In this document: positions 26,231 through 36,782 of the stretch, one piece after another
Layout of the letters: every line of letters begins with the position of its first letter
Numbering within the stretch: position 1 is the first letter of the stretch
Source of the DNA: Marinilabiliaceae bacterium
Lineage (GTDB): Bacteria; Bacteroidota; Bacteroidia; Bacteroidales; Marinilabiliaceae
Length of the DNA stretch: 64,000 bases
Reading direction: 5' to 3'
Assembly: GCA_050296935.1 (NCBI GenBank)
Contig: JBNKRV010000211.1
Location: forward strand, 2,812 to 66,811
Notes under the pieces: model-generated
Seen by the model: only the letters and a program-made list of their open reading frames with translations
Databases searched by the model: none
What the model was told of the DNA's origin: nothing
Position numbers and translations under genes: made by a program

Positions 26231-28579
26231 CTAAAATTTAAAGTTATAAGTGACGGAAGGAATAATTTGGAATAAAAAGGTTTTTTGAGCAGTTGATTTA
26301 TAGGGGTCACCTTCATCTTGTTCAAAATAAATTGACCATGCATTTTTGCGTGCATATAAATTATAAATTGCAAAATTCCATTCTCCCTGCCATTTTCTGT
26401 TGGTTTTATTTTTTGTTTTGATGGTATATGAAAGATCCATCCGGTGATAGTCAGGTAATTTTTCTTCATTCCTTTTGGAGTATCTGGGAATAATATCACC
26501 ACCTATAAACATACGACCATTGGGAGCTGTAAATGGAGCGCCACTGAAATATACCCAGTTCATACTAATTTGACTTCTGGCTGATATTTTATGGTTTACT
26601 ACTATTGAAATATCATGATCATGATTATAAGGAGATAAGTATTTTTCACCATTGTTAACGCCATCTATTTTTCTGTAAGATTTACTCCATGTATATCCAA
26701 TCCAACCACTAAATCGTTCCTTGTTAATCTTTAAAAGAAACTCAGCTCCATAAGCCCATGAATTTCCGGTTCGTATTTCTCCCTCCATCTTATCATTTAA
26801 TAGTAGTTTAGGATGATCTTTAAAATCAATTGAATTCTTCATGTCCTTATAAAAGAATTCGACTGACGCTTCAATCGTATTATTTGATAGATTTTTAAAG
26901 TATCCCATTGAATACTGATCACTAATTTGTGGTTTTATATTGGGAGATGACATAAACCAAACATCTAAAGGAGTTGTTGATGTGGAATTAGTGGCCAGAT
27001 GAATATACTGTCGCGTTTTTGAATAACTTGCTTTTAGAGAAGAAGTTTTACCTACTACATATGATGCACTGATTCTCGGTTCTATTCCCCAATAGGAATT
27101 AAAAAATTCCCCTGATTGATAGTTGTTTTTCTTTGTAGCCTCGTAATTGTTATCAAACTCATAACTGACTCCTTTACCAATATTCTGAATGCCGGATAAA
27201 CGGATTCCATATTTAAGGTTTAATCGAGGGTGAAGGTTTTGTTCGTTTGATATGTATATGGCATGCTCAAGCCCGTAATTATCCGGAATCTTAACGTAAT
27301 TAAATAGTGTATTATCCCCTGAAGGATTGGCTGTGCCTGGATTTATAGAATGGTAAATGGTTTGGAATCCGAAACCGATGGTATTTTCAGGATTTACATA
27401 ATAATTATAATCCAGCTTTAAACCGAAATCATTCAGTTTGCTTTTCCAGACAAAACCAGAAGCTTCTTCATTACTACCTAGTTTATAATCGTATTTACTT
27501 CTGATTAATGATAGGTTCGAAAAGAGTTTGTTATTATAAACATGATTCCATCTGAACGTATAGGTTTGATTTCCATATTCAATTTCCGATATTACCTCTT
27601 TAAATACATCTCTTCCCATATAGGAGCTAAAATAGACTCTGTTGTTATTATTAATAACGTGCTTGATCTTTGCATTCAGGTCGTAGAAATGGACTTTGTT
27701 ATCGTGTATGCTTTCGTCAGAAAAAAGTGGTAAAAATAAATCTGCATAGGTGCGTCGACCACTTAGAATAAAAGAGGTTTTTTCTTTTATAATAGGCCCC
27801 TCCAGTGTTAAACGTGATGAGATTAATCCAATGCCGCCTTTGCCTTCTAATTTTTTATTGTTGCCATCATTCATTCTGATGTCGACGAGTGATGATAATC
27901 TACCACCTGAACTTGCCGGGATGTCTCCTTTATATAACTTAACATCTTTAACGGCGTCGTTATTAAATACGGAAAAGAATCCTAATAAATGACCTGCGTT
28001 GTAAACAATAGCTTCGTCCAGCAGAATCAGGTTTTGATCCGGATTTCCTCCTCGAACGTTAAATCCGCTTGATCCTTCGCTGGTGGCCTGAACTCCTGGC
28101 ATTAATTGCAGAACCTTTATAACATCCACTTCACCCATTAATGCAGGAACAGTACTAATATCTTTGCTTTGTAGCTTTTGGACACTCATTTGTGGGTCAC
28201 GCACATTGGCATCCATTCTTTTTGAACTGATAACCACTTCTTCAATATTTTCTGTTTCTGCCTTCAGGTCAATATCTAAACGGGTATCCTTTGTAATTTC
28301 TAATTTTCTGTTTATGGTTTCATATCCTAAATAAACATATTGAATTTCGTACGTGCCCGGGGGTACACCGTAAGAATAGAATCCATAAAGGTTTGTAATG
28401 GTTCCTGTTTTGAGTTCTTTAAAATATACAGTTGCTCCAATTAACAATTCCCCGGTACCTCCATCTTTTACATATCCGCTTAAAACCACAAGGTTTTTAT
28501 CAGAATTAATTATTGCGGATGTTATCTGATGTGAAATAAAGATAAGAAAAGTGAGTGTTAGTAGTTTGAATTTATTCAT
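26231..28579 (-). CDS. TonB-dependent receptor with N-terminal carboxypeptidase-regulatory-like domain
   Basis: Signal peptide, CarboxypepD_reg segment (GYVKDGGTGELLIGATV), plug (DVIKVLQLMPGV) and a C-terminal beta-barrel ending in F. Confidence 0.9.
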   Translation of the reverse strand: MNKFKLLTLTFLIFISHQITSAIINSDKNLVVLSGYVKDGGTGELLIGATVYFKELKTGTITNLYGFYSYGVPPGTYEIQYVYLGYETINRKLEITKDTRLDIDLKAETENIEEVVISSKRMDANVRDPQMSVQKLQSKDISTVPALMGEVDVIKVLQLMPGVQATSEGSSGFNVRGGNPDQNLILLDEAIVYNAGHLLGFFSVFNNDAVKDVKLYKGDIPASSGGRLSSLVDIRMNDGNNKKLEGKGGIGLISSRLTLEGPIIKEKTSFILSGRRTYADLFLPLFSDESIHDNKVHFYDLNAKIKHVINNNNRVYFSSYMGRDVFKEVISEIEYGNQTYTFRWNHVYNNKLFSNLSLIRSKYDYKLGSNEEASGFVWKSKLNDFGLKLDYNYYVNPENTIGFGFQTIYHSINPGTANPSGDNTLFNYVKIPDNYGLEHAIYISNEQNLHPRLNLKYGIRLSGIQNIGKGVSYEFDNNYEATKKNNYQSGEFFNSYWGIEPRISASYVVGKTSSLKASYSKTRQYIHLATNSTSTTPLDVWFMSSPNIKPQISDQYSMGYFKNLSNNTIEASVEFFYKDMKNSIDFKDHPKLLLNDKMEGEIRTGNSWAYGAEFLLKINKERFSGWIGYTWSKSYRKIDGVNNGEKYLSPYNHDHDISIVVNHKISARSQISMNWVYFSGAPFTAPNGRMFIGGDIIPRYSKRNEEKLPDYHRMDLSYTIKTKNKTNRKWQGEWNFAIYNLYARKNAWSIYFEQDEGDPYKSTAQKTFLFQIIPSVTYNFKF

Positions 28580-28832
28580 TTCCCTGATGGATCATTATGG
28601 TTATTCTGAGTAAAGGACATTCGATTGTCTGATAAGTTGCATCGTAGATACACATAGAAATTGTAAATATAATGAAACTGTACGTACTTAAGTTTCTTAT
28701 AATAATCGTTAAAGTTAGGGATTGTATTCCTTATATCATCCTAAAATATTAAGAAGAGTGTTTTTTTATAGTTCGAGTGTAAGTTTTGAAAATAAATTGT
28801 CATTAACAGGATGAAGATGGGAATCTCTGAAA

Positions 28833-28866
28833 ATAAAAAAAACCTGTCCCTTTTATAAGGACAGGT
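28833..28866 (-). terminator. orphan intrinsic terminator (minus strand)
   Basis: ACCTGTCC / GGACAGGT stem, followed on the minus strand by a T8 run. No credible CDS lies upstream of it. Confidence 0.55.
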
Positions 28867-29690
28867 AAGTTTAGGGGTCAGGTTATGAAACGGGAATTTA
28901 ACACCAGAATAAAAACAATAAACTCAAGTCAGGATCAGGTGTTTTGATTTAGTTTAGAAAATATGTTTGGTTTATTTGTTGATACAAAGAAAGTAACTGC
29001 TGGCATATTTGAAGAAAATATGGCGTGACAAAAGTGTGACAAAAGGTAATGGTGTGATATGTAGTGTATTAAGAAATGATGTTTTTCGTTGTGTTTTTTT
29101 GTAGGGATCTGGAAAAATGCCATTATTAGCAGTTACTGCAGGGATGAGATGCTTTATTGCTGATGCAATAGGTTGTATTTTGTACCTCTATTAGCAATGA
29201 CTCTTCGTTTTTTTTCTGTCTTTCCGTACTCAATGTATCATTAAAACTTCAAGATTATTTTCGAATTTATTACCCGGAATTCATAGAGAGGTCATGCTGT
29301 TTTTTTAAAATTACATGACCTTTTTACCATTTATTGTAAATGAATTTATAAGAGAATCTTTATTTTTTTACCAATTTATTTGAACTCGTAGTATGTATTA
29401 GAAATTCGTCATGAACATTGAAAGTACGATAAAACAAGGCTTCAGCGAAACGAGGCATAGCATCGTTCTGGTGAGTTGAGGAGAAGCAACGAAGTATCTT
29501 GTTTTGAAGTAAGTTCAATGTGCAATAGACTTTCTAATGCATATTGCGGGTTGAAAGAAGTGATGCTGTTTCGATGAGTATGAGCCATTAATTTTATGTC
29601 GAACTGTGGTTAATAAGAATATTGTCTTCATAGTTATATTTTTTAATGATAATATGCTTATGAAGGATGTAGCAAGAATTAAAATTCCAT

Positions 29691-29722
29691 AAAAAAGCCA
29701 GATTTTCAACTGAAAATCTGGC
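29691..29722 (-). terminator. intrinsic terminator downstream of lpxA
   Basis: GCCAGATTTT / AAAATCTGGC stem, followed on the minus strand by T6. Confidence 0.7.
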
Positions 29723-29747
29723 TGAGTATATTTTTTAACAGACGTTA

Positions 29748-30536
29748 TTAATCGTTTGCTACACTATATCCTTTAATAATTCCTCGCTGAGAATTTTTAA
29801 TGAAAAGAATTATTTCGTCTCTTTCTTTCGACGCAGGGAGTTCAGCTTCCAGCTTTTCAATGGCATCAGAATTATTTAATCCGCTTTGGAAAATAACTCT
29901 ATAAATATTCTGAACCTCAGTGATTTGTTCGTTTGTAAAATTACGTCTTCTTAATCCAATAGAATTAATTCCTGCATAGGATAATTTTGCTCTACCTGCT
30001 TTAATGTACGGGGGAATATCTTTACTAACTAAAGAGCCACCCTGAACCATAACATGAGATCCGATATGTACAAATTGGTGAACGGCTGAAGCACCTCCAA
30101 TAATTGCAAAATCATCAATTTTAACCTCGCCTGCCACCTGAGTTGCATTGGAAATGATAACGTTATTACCAACAATACAATCATGTGCGATATGTACATA
30201 TGCCATTAGCAGGCAGTTACTTCCCACAACAGTTTTACCTCTTGATGAAGTTCCCCTATTTACAGTAACACATTCGCGAATGGTGGTATTGTCGCCTATT
30301 ATGGCTACAGTATCTTCTCCTGAAAATTTCAAATCCTGTGGAATAGCCGAGATAACAGCACCTGGGAAAATTGTACAGTTTTTCCCAATTCTGGCTCCTT
30401 CTAAAATGGTCACATTAGATCCGATTGTGGTTCCTTCTTCAATTACCACGTTTTTATCAATTGTAACAAATGGCTCAATAACCACATTCGAAGCAATTTT
30501 AGCTTCAGGATGAATGTATGCCAACGGTTGTTTCAT
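29748..30536 (-). CDS. lpxA: acyl-ACP--UDP-N-acetylglucosamine O-acyltransferase
   Basis: Left-handed beta-helix hexapeptide repeats plus the C-terminal helical domain. The ATG at 30536 (MKQPLAYIHPEA) gives the usual length of about 262 aa. The ORF stays open to 30617. Confidence 0.9.
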   Translation of the reverse strand: MKQPLAYIHPEAKIASNVVIEPFVTIDKNVVIEEGTTIGSNVTILEGARIGKNCTIFPGAVISAIPQDLKFSGEDTVAIIGDNTTIRECVTVNRGTSSRGKTVVGSNCLLMAYVHIAHDCIVGNNVIISNATQVAGEVKIDDFAIIGGASAVHQFVHIGSHVMVQGGSLVSKDIPPYIKAGRAKLSYAGINSIGLRRRNFTNEQITEVQNIYRVIFQSGLNNSDAIEKLEAELPASKERDEIILFIKNSQRGIIKGYSVAND

Positions 30537-30906
30537 ATTTTCTGTTTTACTTTTTGAGCTTTGCTCTGATTCAACCTGAATCTTTTGCACCTCAGTCAAT
30601 TCACACGTTTTACTCATTATCGGTCGTATCGACTTAATATTTATACGTAGAGGTGATTATTACCTCAAAAATTTTCCGGTGCGAAAATAGTTTAACTATC
30701 TTAATAAAAAAAATAAATTCTTAATATTAAATTTTCATTAATGTTTCTGAATTTCAATATTCCGCATCGCGCAGCTACGCTATTGTTTCTTTCGATGATT
30801 GTTTTCAGTCAGCATTCTCAGATCTCTGAATAGCAATATTAATATTGGAGCGTTCAGTTTCTATCGTAATCTCATATACAAATACTAAGAACTTTGAATC
30901 AATAAG

Positions 30907-32307
30907 CTATGCCTTGTTTCTTGAGATGTTGGCCATAAATTCACCTTCCGCAACAATGGCGTCACCAACGTAAGCCGTTCCTCTCATATTAGCAACACCT
31001 CTTCGCATAGGTGTAATTAAATCGAGCTTAAAAATTACGGTATCCCCGGGTATCACTTTTTTGCGAAATTTGATATTATCTAATTTCATGAAATAGGTAG
31101 AGTAGTTCTCTGGATCTTCAACCTGATTTAAAACAAATATTCCTCCGCATTGCGCCATGGCTTCCACTAATAAAACACCTGGCATAACCGGTTCAGTAGG
31201 AAAGTGTCCCTGAAAGAAAGGTTCGTTGAGAGTAACATTTTTAATGCCTACAATATAGTTCTCCTGAAGATCAATAATTTTATCTACTAATAAAAAAGGA
31301 TACCTGTGTGGTAGCATTTTTTTTATAGCATTAATATCAAAAACAGGTTCTTCTGCAGGGTTATATTCGGGTACTACAGGTTTATTAGAACACTTTTTAA
31401 TTTCGCAGCGAATCATTTTAGCAAACTCAACATTCGCCTGATGCCCCGGACGTGTGGCTATAATCTTACCTTTAATTGGTAAACCAGCTAATGTAAGATC
31501 TCCAATAACATCTAATAATTTATGTCGGGCAGGTTCATTCCGGTGTATTAATTCCAGATTATTTAATATGCCAATTGGTTTAATTTCAATTCTTGGTTGA
31601 TTAAATAAGTCAGCTAATCTGTCAAGTTCTTCCTGAGAAACTTCCCTGTCTATAATTATAATAGCATTGTCTAAGTCTCCACCCTTTATCAGGTTATGTT
31701 GCATTAACATTTCTACTTCATGTAGAAAAACAAAAGTACGGCATGCGCTAATCTCATCTTCAAAGTCATCGAGTGAATCAATGGAAGCAAACTGGTTTTC
31801 CAGCAATACGGATTTGCTAAAAGAGATATGCGTATCTACGCTGAAATTGTCGTCAGGTAAAGCAATAATTTTGATTCCCTTCTCTTTCTCTTCATAAACC
31901 ATCTTTTCTTTAACAACAAAGTATTTTCTTTCCGCTTGTTGTACTTGTATTCCAGTCTTTTTTATAGCCTGAACGAAATATTTTGCACTTCCATCTAATA
32001 TCGGAACCTCAGGGCCATCAATATCAATTAAACAGTTATCTATACCACATCCTCTTAATGCGGCTAAACAATGTTCTATTGTACTTATAGATACGTCTTT
32101 TTTTTGTAATACTGTTCCACGTTCAGTAAAAGCAACATTTTCGGCTACAGCATTAATTATAGGTTGATCTTCGAGATCGATTCTTTTAAACTTATAACCA
32201 TAATTCTCAGGAGCAGGATTTAAAACAATAGTAACCTCTGCTCCGGTGTGTAATCCCTTCCCTTTTAAGGTTACTGCACCATTAAGTGTATTTTGATTTT
32301 CTATCAT
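30907..32307 (-). CDS. lpxC: bifunctional UDP-3-O-acyl-GlcNAc deacetylase / 3-hydroxyacyl-ACP dehydratase (LpxC-FabZ fusion)
   Basis: N-terminal LpxC (GKGLHTG, HQANVEF) and C-terminal FabZ hot-dog (LPHRYPFLLVD, FFQGHFP). Confidence 0.95.
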   Translation of the reverse strand: MIENQNTLNGAVTLKGKGLHTGAEVTIVLNPAPENYGYKFKRIDLEDQPIINAVAENVAFTERGTVLQKKDVSISTIEHCLAALRGCGIDNCLIDIDGPEVPILDGSAKYFVQAIKKTGIQVQQAERKYFVVKEKMVYEEKEKGIKIIALPDDNFSVDTHISFSKSVLLENQFASIDSLDDFEDEISACRTFVFLHEVEMLMQHNLIKGGDLDNAIIIIDREVSQEELDRLADLFNQPRIEIKPIGILNNLELIHRNEPARHKLLDVIGDLTLAGLPIKGKIIATRPGHQANVEFAKMIRCEIKKCSNKPVVPEYNPAEEPVFDINAIKKMLPHRYPFLLVDKIIDLQENYIVGIKNVTLNEPFFQGHFPTEPVMPGVLLVEAMAQCGGIFVLNQVEDPENYSTYFMKLDNIKFRKKVIPGDTVIFKLDLITPMRRGVANMRGTAYVGDAIVAEGEFMANISRNKA

Positions 32308-32344
32308 ATTCAGGATGTCTTTACAGCAGTCGTATTGTGGTAAT

Positions 32345-33382
32345 TTATTCTTCTTTAAGTTTTTTTATTTCATTTTTAAGCTCTTTTATATCACTTGCCA
32401 TATCCGGAAGGTGCTTAAAATGAATAAATGAACGGTTAAACAATTTTATCGGCATTGAAGGTGCGCCCCGGAGAATCTCACCTTCCTTTTTTATTGAGTT
32501 ACTAACACCCGTAAAGGCTCCGATTTTTGTATTGTCGGCTATGTTGATGTGTCCGGCTATTGCCGAATGGCCTCCAACCATACATCTTTTACCAATGGAG
32601 GTTGATCCGGCTATTCCTGAAAGAGCAGCTATCACAGTGTGCTCTCCGATTTCCACATTATGAGCAACCTGTATTAAGTTATCCAATTTTACACCTTCAC
32701 GTATAAATGTTGAACCCATTGTTGCCCTGTCGATAGTTGTATTGGCTCCAATTTCACAATTATCCTCTACTATAACATTACCTAATTGAGGAATTTTATC
32801 GTAACTGTTATCTTCATTTGGAGCAAAACCAAAGCCATCAGAACCAATAACAGAGCCTGCATGTATGATGCAGTTACTGCCCACTTTACAATCCTGGTAT
32901 ATTTTAACGCCGGCAAAAATGGTTGTATTGTCTCCGATGGTTACATTATCTCCAATGTAACTGTTTGGATAAATACTAACATTATTTCCTGTTTTAACGT
33001 TATCACCGATATAAGCAAATGCACCAACGTATGGAAATTCACCAATGCTTGCTGATTCTGAAATAAAAGAGGGATTTTCAATTCCCGTTTTACGGGGTTT
33101 CATTTCCTGATACATTTGCATAAGTTTTGCAACTGCAACATAGGCATCTTCAACCTGAATCATTGTTGTTGATACTTCTTTTTCAGGTACAAATGATTTA
33201 TTTACAATTACTATTGATGCTTCTGTATCGTATATATGTCTGGTGTATTTGGGGTTGGATAAAAAGGATATTGTGCCGGGTTTTCCTTCTTCAATCTTTG
33301 AAACGTTGCCCACTAATGCTTCTGGGTCTCCTACAATAACGCCGTCTATAAGTTCGGCAATCTGTTTTGCTGAAAATTTCAT
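32345..33382 (-). CDS. lpxD: UDP-3-O-(3-hydroxyacyl)glucosamine N-acyltransferase
   Basis: N-terminal uridine-binding domain followed by hexapeptide repeats. Operon context with lpxC/fabZ and lpxA. Confidence 0.95.
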   Translation of the reverse strand: MKFSAKQIAELIDGVIVGDPEALVGNVSKIEEGKPGTISFLSNPKYTRHIYDTEASIVIVNKSFVPEKEVSTTMIQVEDAYVAVAKLMQMYQEMKPRKTGIENPSFISESASIGEFPYVGAFAYIGDNVKTGNNVSIYPNSYIGDNVTIGDNTTIFAGVKIYQDCKVGSNCIIHAGSVIGSDGFGFAPNEDNSYDKIPQLGNVIVEDNCEIGANTTIDRATMGSTFIREGVKLDNLIQVAHNVEIGEHTVIAALSGIAGSTSIGKRCMVGGHSAIAGHINIADNTKIGAFTGVSNSIKKEGEILRGAPSMPIKLFNRSFIHFKHLPDMASDIKELKNEIKKLKEE

Positions 33383-33434
33383 TGCTTATAATTTGCTGCA
33401 AATCTAGCAATATTATCTTCATTAAAAAAGCCGA

Positions 33435-34733
33435 TTATAAGTTACCAACCCATTTGCGTAATGCTTTAGGGTAGCAAAGAATGTTTTTTCTTACATTTTT
33501 ACCCAGAACGGAAAGGTTTAGTATGTCAGAGGCTTTGGATACATCCTGAATGTCGCCGTTGGAATATAGAATGTTAATATTTTCATCTGTTATGCTATAG
33601 GCGTGATTTTCAATGGTGTCTTTATATACGAAATACGAAATTTCTTCTTGACTATTTAAGTGGTATAAATCTTTGACTTTTTGTCTGATTTGTTTGATTG
33701 TTGTTTTTTCAAAAGGATCTTTTCTCAAATCAATATGAAGTAAATCTCTGTTAAGTATTGCTTTTGATAATTCGGATAAGATAAAATCATCATGACCGGC
33801 CCATACTTTTATGGCAGACATGATATCTCCATCATCCAGTAATGCGAAATTTTCCAGCACTAACTTGTTTTGTTCAAAGTCTTCCTTGGTTATGGATTTA
33901 TCCATAAAATAGGATAGGTGAGGAGGTGCAAATAATGTATGGTCAGATTGGAATACAAACCTGGCACGCTGTAATACCTTAACAAGTATTTTTTCGGCAA
34001 CAATGGCTGTTTTGTGCAAATATACCTGCCAATACATTAATCTTCTGGCAATCAGGAATTTTTCAATCGAATATATTCCTTTTGATTCAACAACCAATTG
34101 GTCGTTTTTTACATGTAGCATCTTAATTATTCTATCAGAACCAATAATACCTTCTGTAACGCCTGAAAAAAAACTATCTCGTCGAAGATAATCCAGCCTG
34201 TCCATATCTAACTGGCTGCTTACTAACTGATGTAAAAATTTTTTAGGATAGTTATTTAAGAAAATTTCAATCGCTAAATTTAGTTTGCCATTAAACTCTT
34301 CGTTTAACCGGTTCATAAATATAAGCGAGATATCTTCATGTGATACTTCATCAACAACAGAGTTTTCCAGAGCATGAGAAAAAGGACCATGCCCTATATC
34401 GTGAAGCAATATTGCGATGTGAACAGCTTCAGATTCTTCTTCCGAAATCTCAATACCTTTTGATTGTAATACAGAAACGGCAGAACTCATTAAATGCATA
34501 GCACCTACTGCATGTTGAAATCGGTTATGCATAGCACCGGGGTATACCAGCGAAGTGAGTCCTAATTGCTTAATGCCTCTTAATCGTTGAAAATAACGAT
34601 GTTGTAACAGGTCATAAATAAAGCTGAAAGGTACCTTTACAAATCCGTAAACCGGATCATTTATTATTTTTAGTTTATTTAATACGATTTCTTTACTCAC
34701 GTTACTATGTTTAGGAATACAGAATAAAAGCAC
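33435..34733 (-). CDS. HD domain-containing phosphohydrolase (dNTPase-like)
   Basis: RFQHAVGAMHL and LLHDIGHGPFSH HD motifs. The start is uncertain: GTG at 34733 or GTG at 34700. Confidence 0.85.
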   Translation of the reverse strand: MLLFCIPKHSNVSKEIVLNKLKIINDPVYGFVKVPFSFIYDLLQHRYFQRLRGIKQLGLTSLVYPGAMHNRFQHAVGAMHLMSSAVSVLQSKGIEISEEESEAVHIAILLHDIGHGPFSHALENSVVDEVSHEDISLIFMNRLNEEFNGKLNLAIEIFLNNYPKKFLHQLVSSQLDMDRLDYLRRDSFFSGVTEGIIGSDRIIKMLHVKNDQLVVESKGIYSIEKFLIARRLMYWQVYLHKTAIVAEKILVKVLQRARFVFQSDHTLFAPPHLSYFMDKSITKEDFEQNKLVLENFALLDDGDIMSAIKVWAGHDDFILSELSKAILNRDLLHIDLRKDPFEKTTIKQIRQKVKDLYHLNSQEEISYFVYKDTIENHAYSITDENINILYSNGDIQDVSKASDILNLSVLGKNVRKNILCYPKALRKWVGNL

Positions 34734-34895
34734 TGCAAAAATAAATTTAATTCTATAAAGTTACTGTTATAGAGTAAATAGAATGAAAGAAATCCGGTTT
34801 TGTGAATGCACTATGTGTATTTCACCTCTGAATTTCATTATTGACAAGCTGCTGAAATTAATTAATTTATACAATAATAAATCAATTGGGACTCC

Positions 34896-34926
34896 TTGCA
34901 TATTAAACACATTATATCTATCTTTG
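34896..34926 (+). promoter_or_regulatory. Bacteroidota sigma-A type promoter (TTG-N20-TAtcTTTG) of the rimP-nusA-infB operon
   Basis: TTG at 34896-34898 and TATCTTTG at 34919-34926. Confidence 0.5.
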
Positions 34927-34955
34927 CACCGGATTTAATTAAATGTCTTAAAAGG

Positions 34956-34982
34956 TAGGGGGCGGGTGTCCCCTATTTTATT
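34956..34982 (+). promoter_or_regulatory. leader hairpin plus U-run upstream of rimP (possible attenuator)
   Basis: TAGGGG-GCGGGTGT-CCCCTA followed by TTTTATT, ending 12 nt before the rimP ATG. Confidence 0.4.
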
Positions 34983-34993
34983 ACTATTAGGCC

Positions 34994-35458
34994 ATGATTA
35001 CAAAGGAAAGCATCAGTGAAATTATAGAAGAAAGAGTAGCAGAAGATAACTGTTATTTAGTTGATGTTAAAGTGTCAACTGGAAATAAGATCATTGTATT
35101 GGTAGATAGTTATTCGGGTGTTAATATTGATTATTGCATTCAGATAAGTCGTTTGATTGAAGGGACTTTAGATAGGGATCAGGAAGATTTTGAGCTTGAG
35201 GTTTCAACACCGGGACTGGGTCAGCCATTTAAAGTGCTTAACCAATATAAAAAAAATGTAGGGAAAGAGGTTGAAGTAAATCCTCTGGAGGGAGCCCCAC
35301 TTAAAGGGAAATTAACCGAAGTTTCTGATTCAGGATTTGTAATTGAAGAAGAAAAAAAAGTTAAGGTAGAAGGTAAAAAGAAAAAAGAAATAAAGATATT
35401 TAGTCATAACTATAAGTTCGACGAGGTTAAATCGGTAAAGGTAATTATTTCGTTTTAA
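34994..35458 (+). CDS. rimP: ribosome maturation factor RimP
   Basis: Size and position upstream of nusA. LEVSTPG motif. Confidence 0.9.
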   Translation: MITKESISEIIEERVAEDNCYLVDVKVSTGNKIIVLVDSYSGVNIDYCIQISRLIEGTLDRDQEDFELEVSTPGLGQPFKVLNQYKKNVGKEVEVNPLEGAPLKGKLTEVSDSGFVIEEEKKVKVEGKKKKEIKIFSHNYKFDEVKSVKVIISF

Positions 35459-35479
35459 CAAGCTGACAAATAACAAGTC

Positions 35480-36715
35480 ATGGAAAACATTAATTTAATT
35501 GATACTTTTTCGGAGTTTAAAGAGCTTAAAAGCATTGATCGTGCAACCATGATCAGAGTGCTTGAAGATTCTTTTAGAAGTGTTTTAATTAAGAGATTTG
35601 GTACAGATGAAAATTTCGATGTTATTATTAACACTGATAAAGGAGATTTTGAAATCTGGAGAAATAGAGAGATTGTTGAGGATGATGAATTAGAGGATGA
35701 GAATCTTCAGATATCACTTTCGGAGGCAAAGAAAATAGATCAGGATTACGAAGTAGGCGAAGAGGTTACTGATGAAGTCAAATTTCTTGATTTTGGACGA
35801 AGAGCCATATTAAGTTTACGTCAAAACTTATCTGCCCGTATCCTTGAATTAGAAAAAGATAATATATATCACAAGTACAAAGATCGTATTGGTGATATTA
35901 TTACGGGTGAAGTATATCAGATTTGGAAAAGAGAGATCTTAATCCAGGATGATGAAGGAAATGAATTGATCTTACCAAAAGCGGAACAAATTCCATCTGA
36001 TTTTTTCAGAAAAGGAGATAATGTTCGTGCAGTTGTAGTGAAAGTGGAAATTCGTAACAATAATCCATTAATTATTGTATCCCGTACTTCTCCTGTATTT
36101 CTGGAAAGATTATTTGAATTAGAAGTACCTGAGATTTTTGATGGACTTATTACCATCAAAAAAATTGTTCGTGTTCCTGGAGAAAGAGCAAAGGTTGCTG
36201 TTGAATCGTACGATGAACGTATTGATCCTGTAGGAGCTTGTGTGGGTATGAAGGGAAGCCGGATTCACGGAATAGTTCGTGAGTTAAGAAATGAAAATAT
36301 TGATGTAATCAATTATACTACTAATGTTCAACTTTTTATTCAAAGAGCGTTGAATCCTGCTAAGATAAATAGTATCAAACTATTTGATGAGGATAACAGA
36401 GCTCAGGTGTATCTACGCCCTGAAGAAGTAAGTCTGGCTATTGGTAAAGGCGGTTTAAATATTAAGTTAGCAAGTCAGTTAACTGGTTATGAGCTTGATG
36501 TGTATCGCGAGATGGAGGAAGATGATGAAGATGTGAGCCTGGATGAATTTGCAGATGAAATTGAAAGCTGGATTTTGGATGAAATAAAATCTATAGGTTG
36601 TGACACTGCAAAGTCCGTACTGGATTTATCTGTTGAAGACTTGGTGAAAAGAACAGATCTTGAGCAAGAAACGATAGAAGAAGTAATAAGAATATTGAGT
36701 GCAGAATTTGAATAA
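35480..36715 (+). CDS. nusA: transcription termination/antitermination factor NusA
   Basis: N-terminal domain, S1 domain and two KH domains (GACVGMKGSRI, AIGKGGLNIKLA). Confidence 0.95.
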   Translation: MENINLIDTFSEFKELKSIDRATMIRVLEDSFRSVLIKRFGTDENFDVIINTDKGDFEIWRNREIVEDDELEDENLQISLSEAKKIDQDYEVGEEVTDEVKFLDFGRRAILSLRQNLSARILELEKDNIYHKYKDRIGDIITGEVYQIWKREILIQDDEGNELILPKAEQIPSDFFRKGDNVRAVVVKVEIRNNNPLIIVSRTSPVFLERLFELEVPEIFDGLITIKKIVRVPGERAKVAVESYDERIDPVGACVGMKGSRIHGIVRELRNENIDVINYTTNVQLFIQRALNPAKINSIKLFDEDNRAQVYLRPEEVSLAIGKGGLNIKLASQLTGYELDVYREMEEDDEDVSLDEFADEIESWILDEIKSIGCDTAKSVLDLSVEDLVKRTDLEQETIEEVIRILSAEFE

Positions 36716-36782
36716 ATCTAGTATTTTTGTCTGCATCAATAATTTATAATAGCATTTAATAGAGAAAACATTAATTTCCAAT

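Noticed and set aside
28935-29123. 62-aa minus-strand ORF in the gene-free gap.
   Set aside because: Its His/Phe-rich sequence (HNEKHHFLIHYISHHYLLSHF) looks like a translated AT-rich repeat, with no start context or homology that I can recognise.
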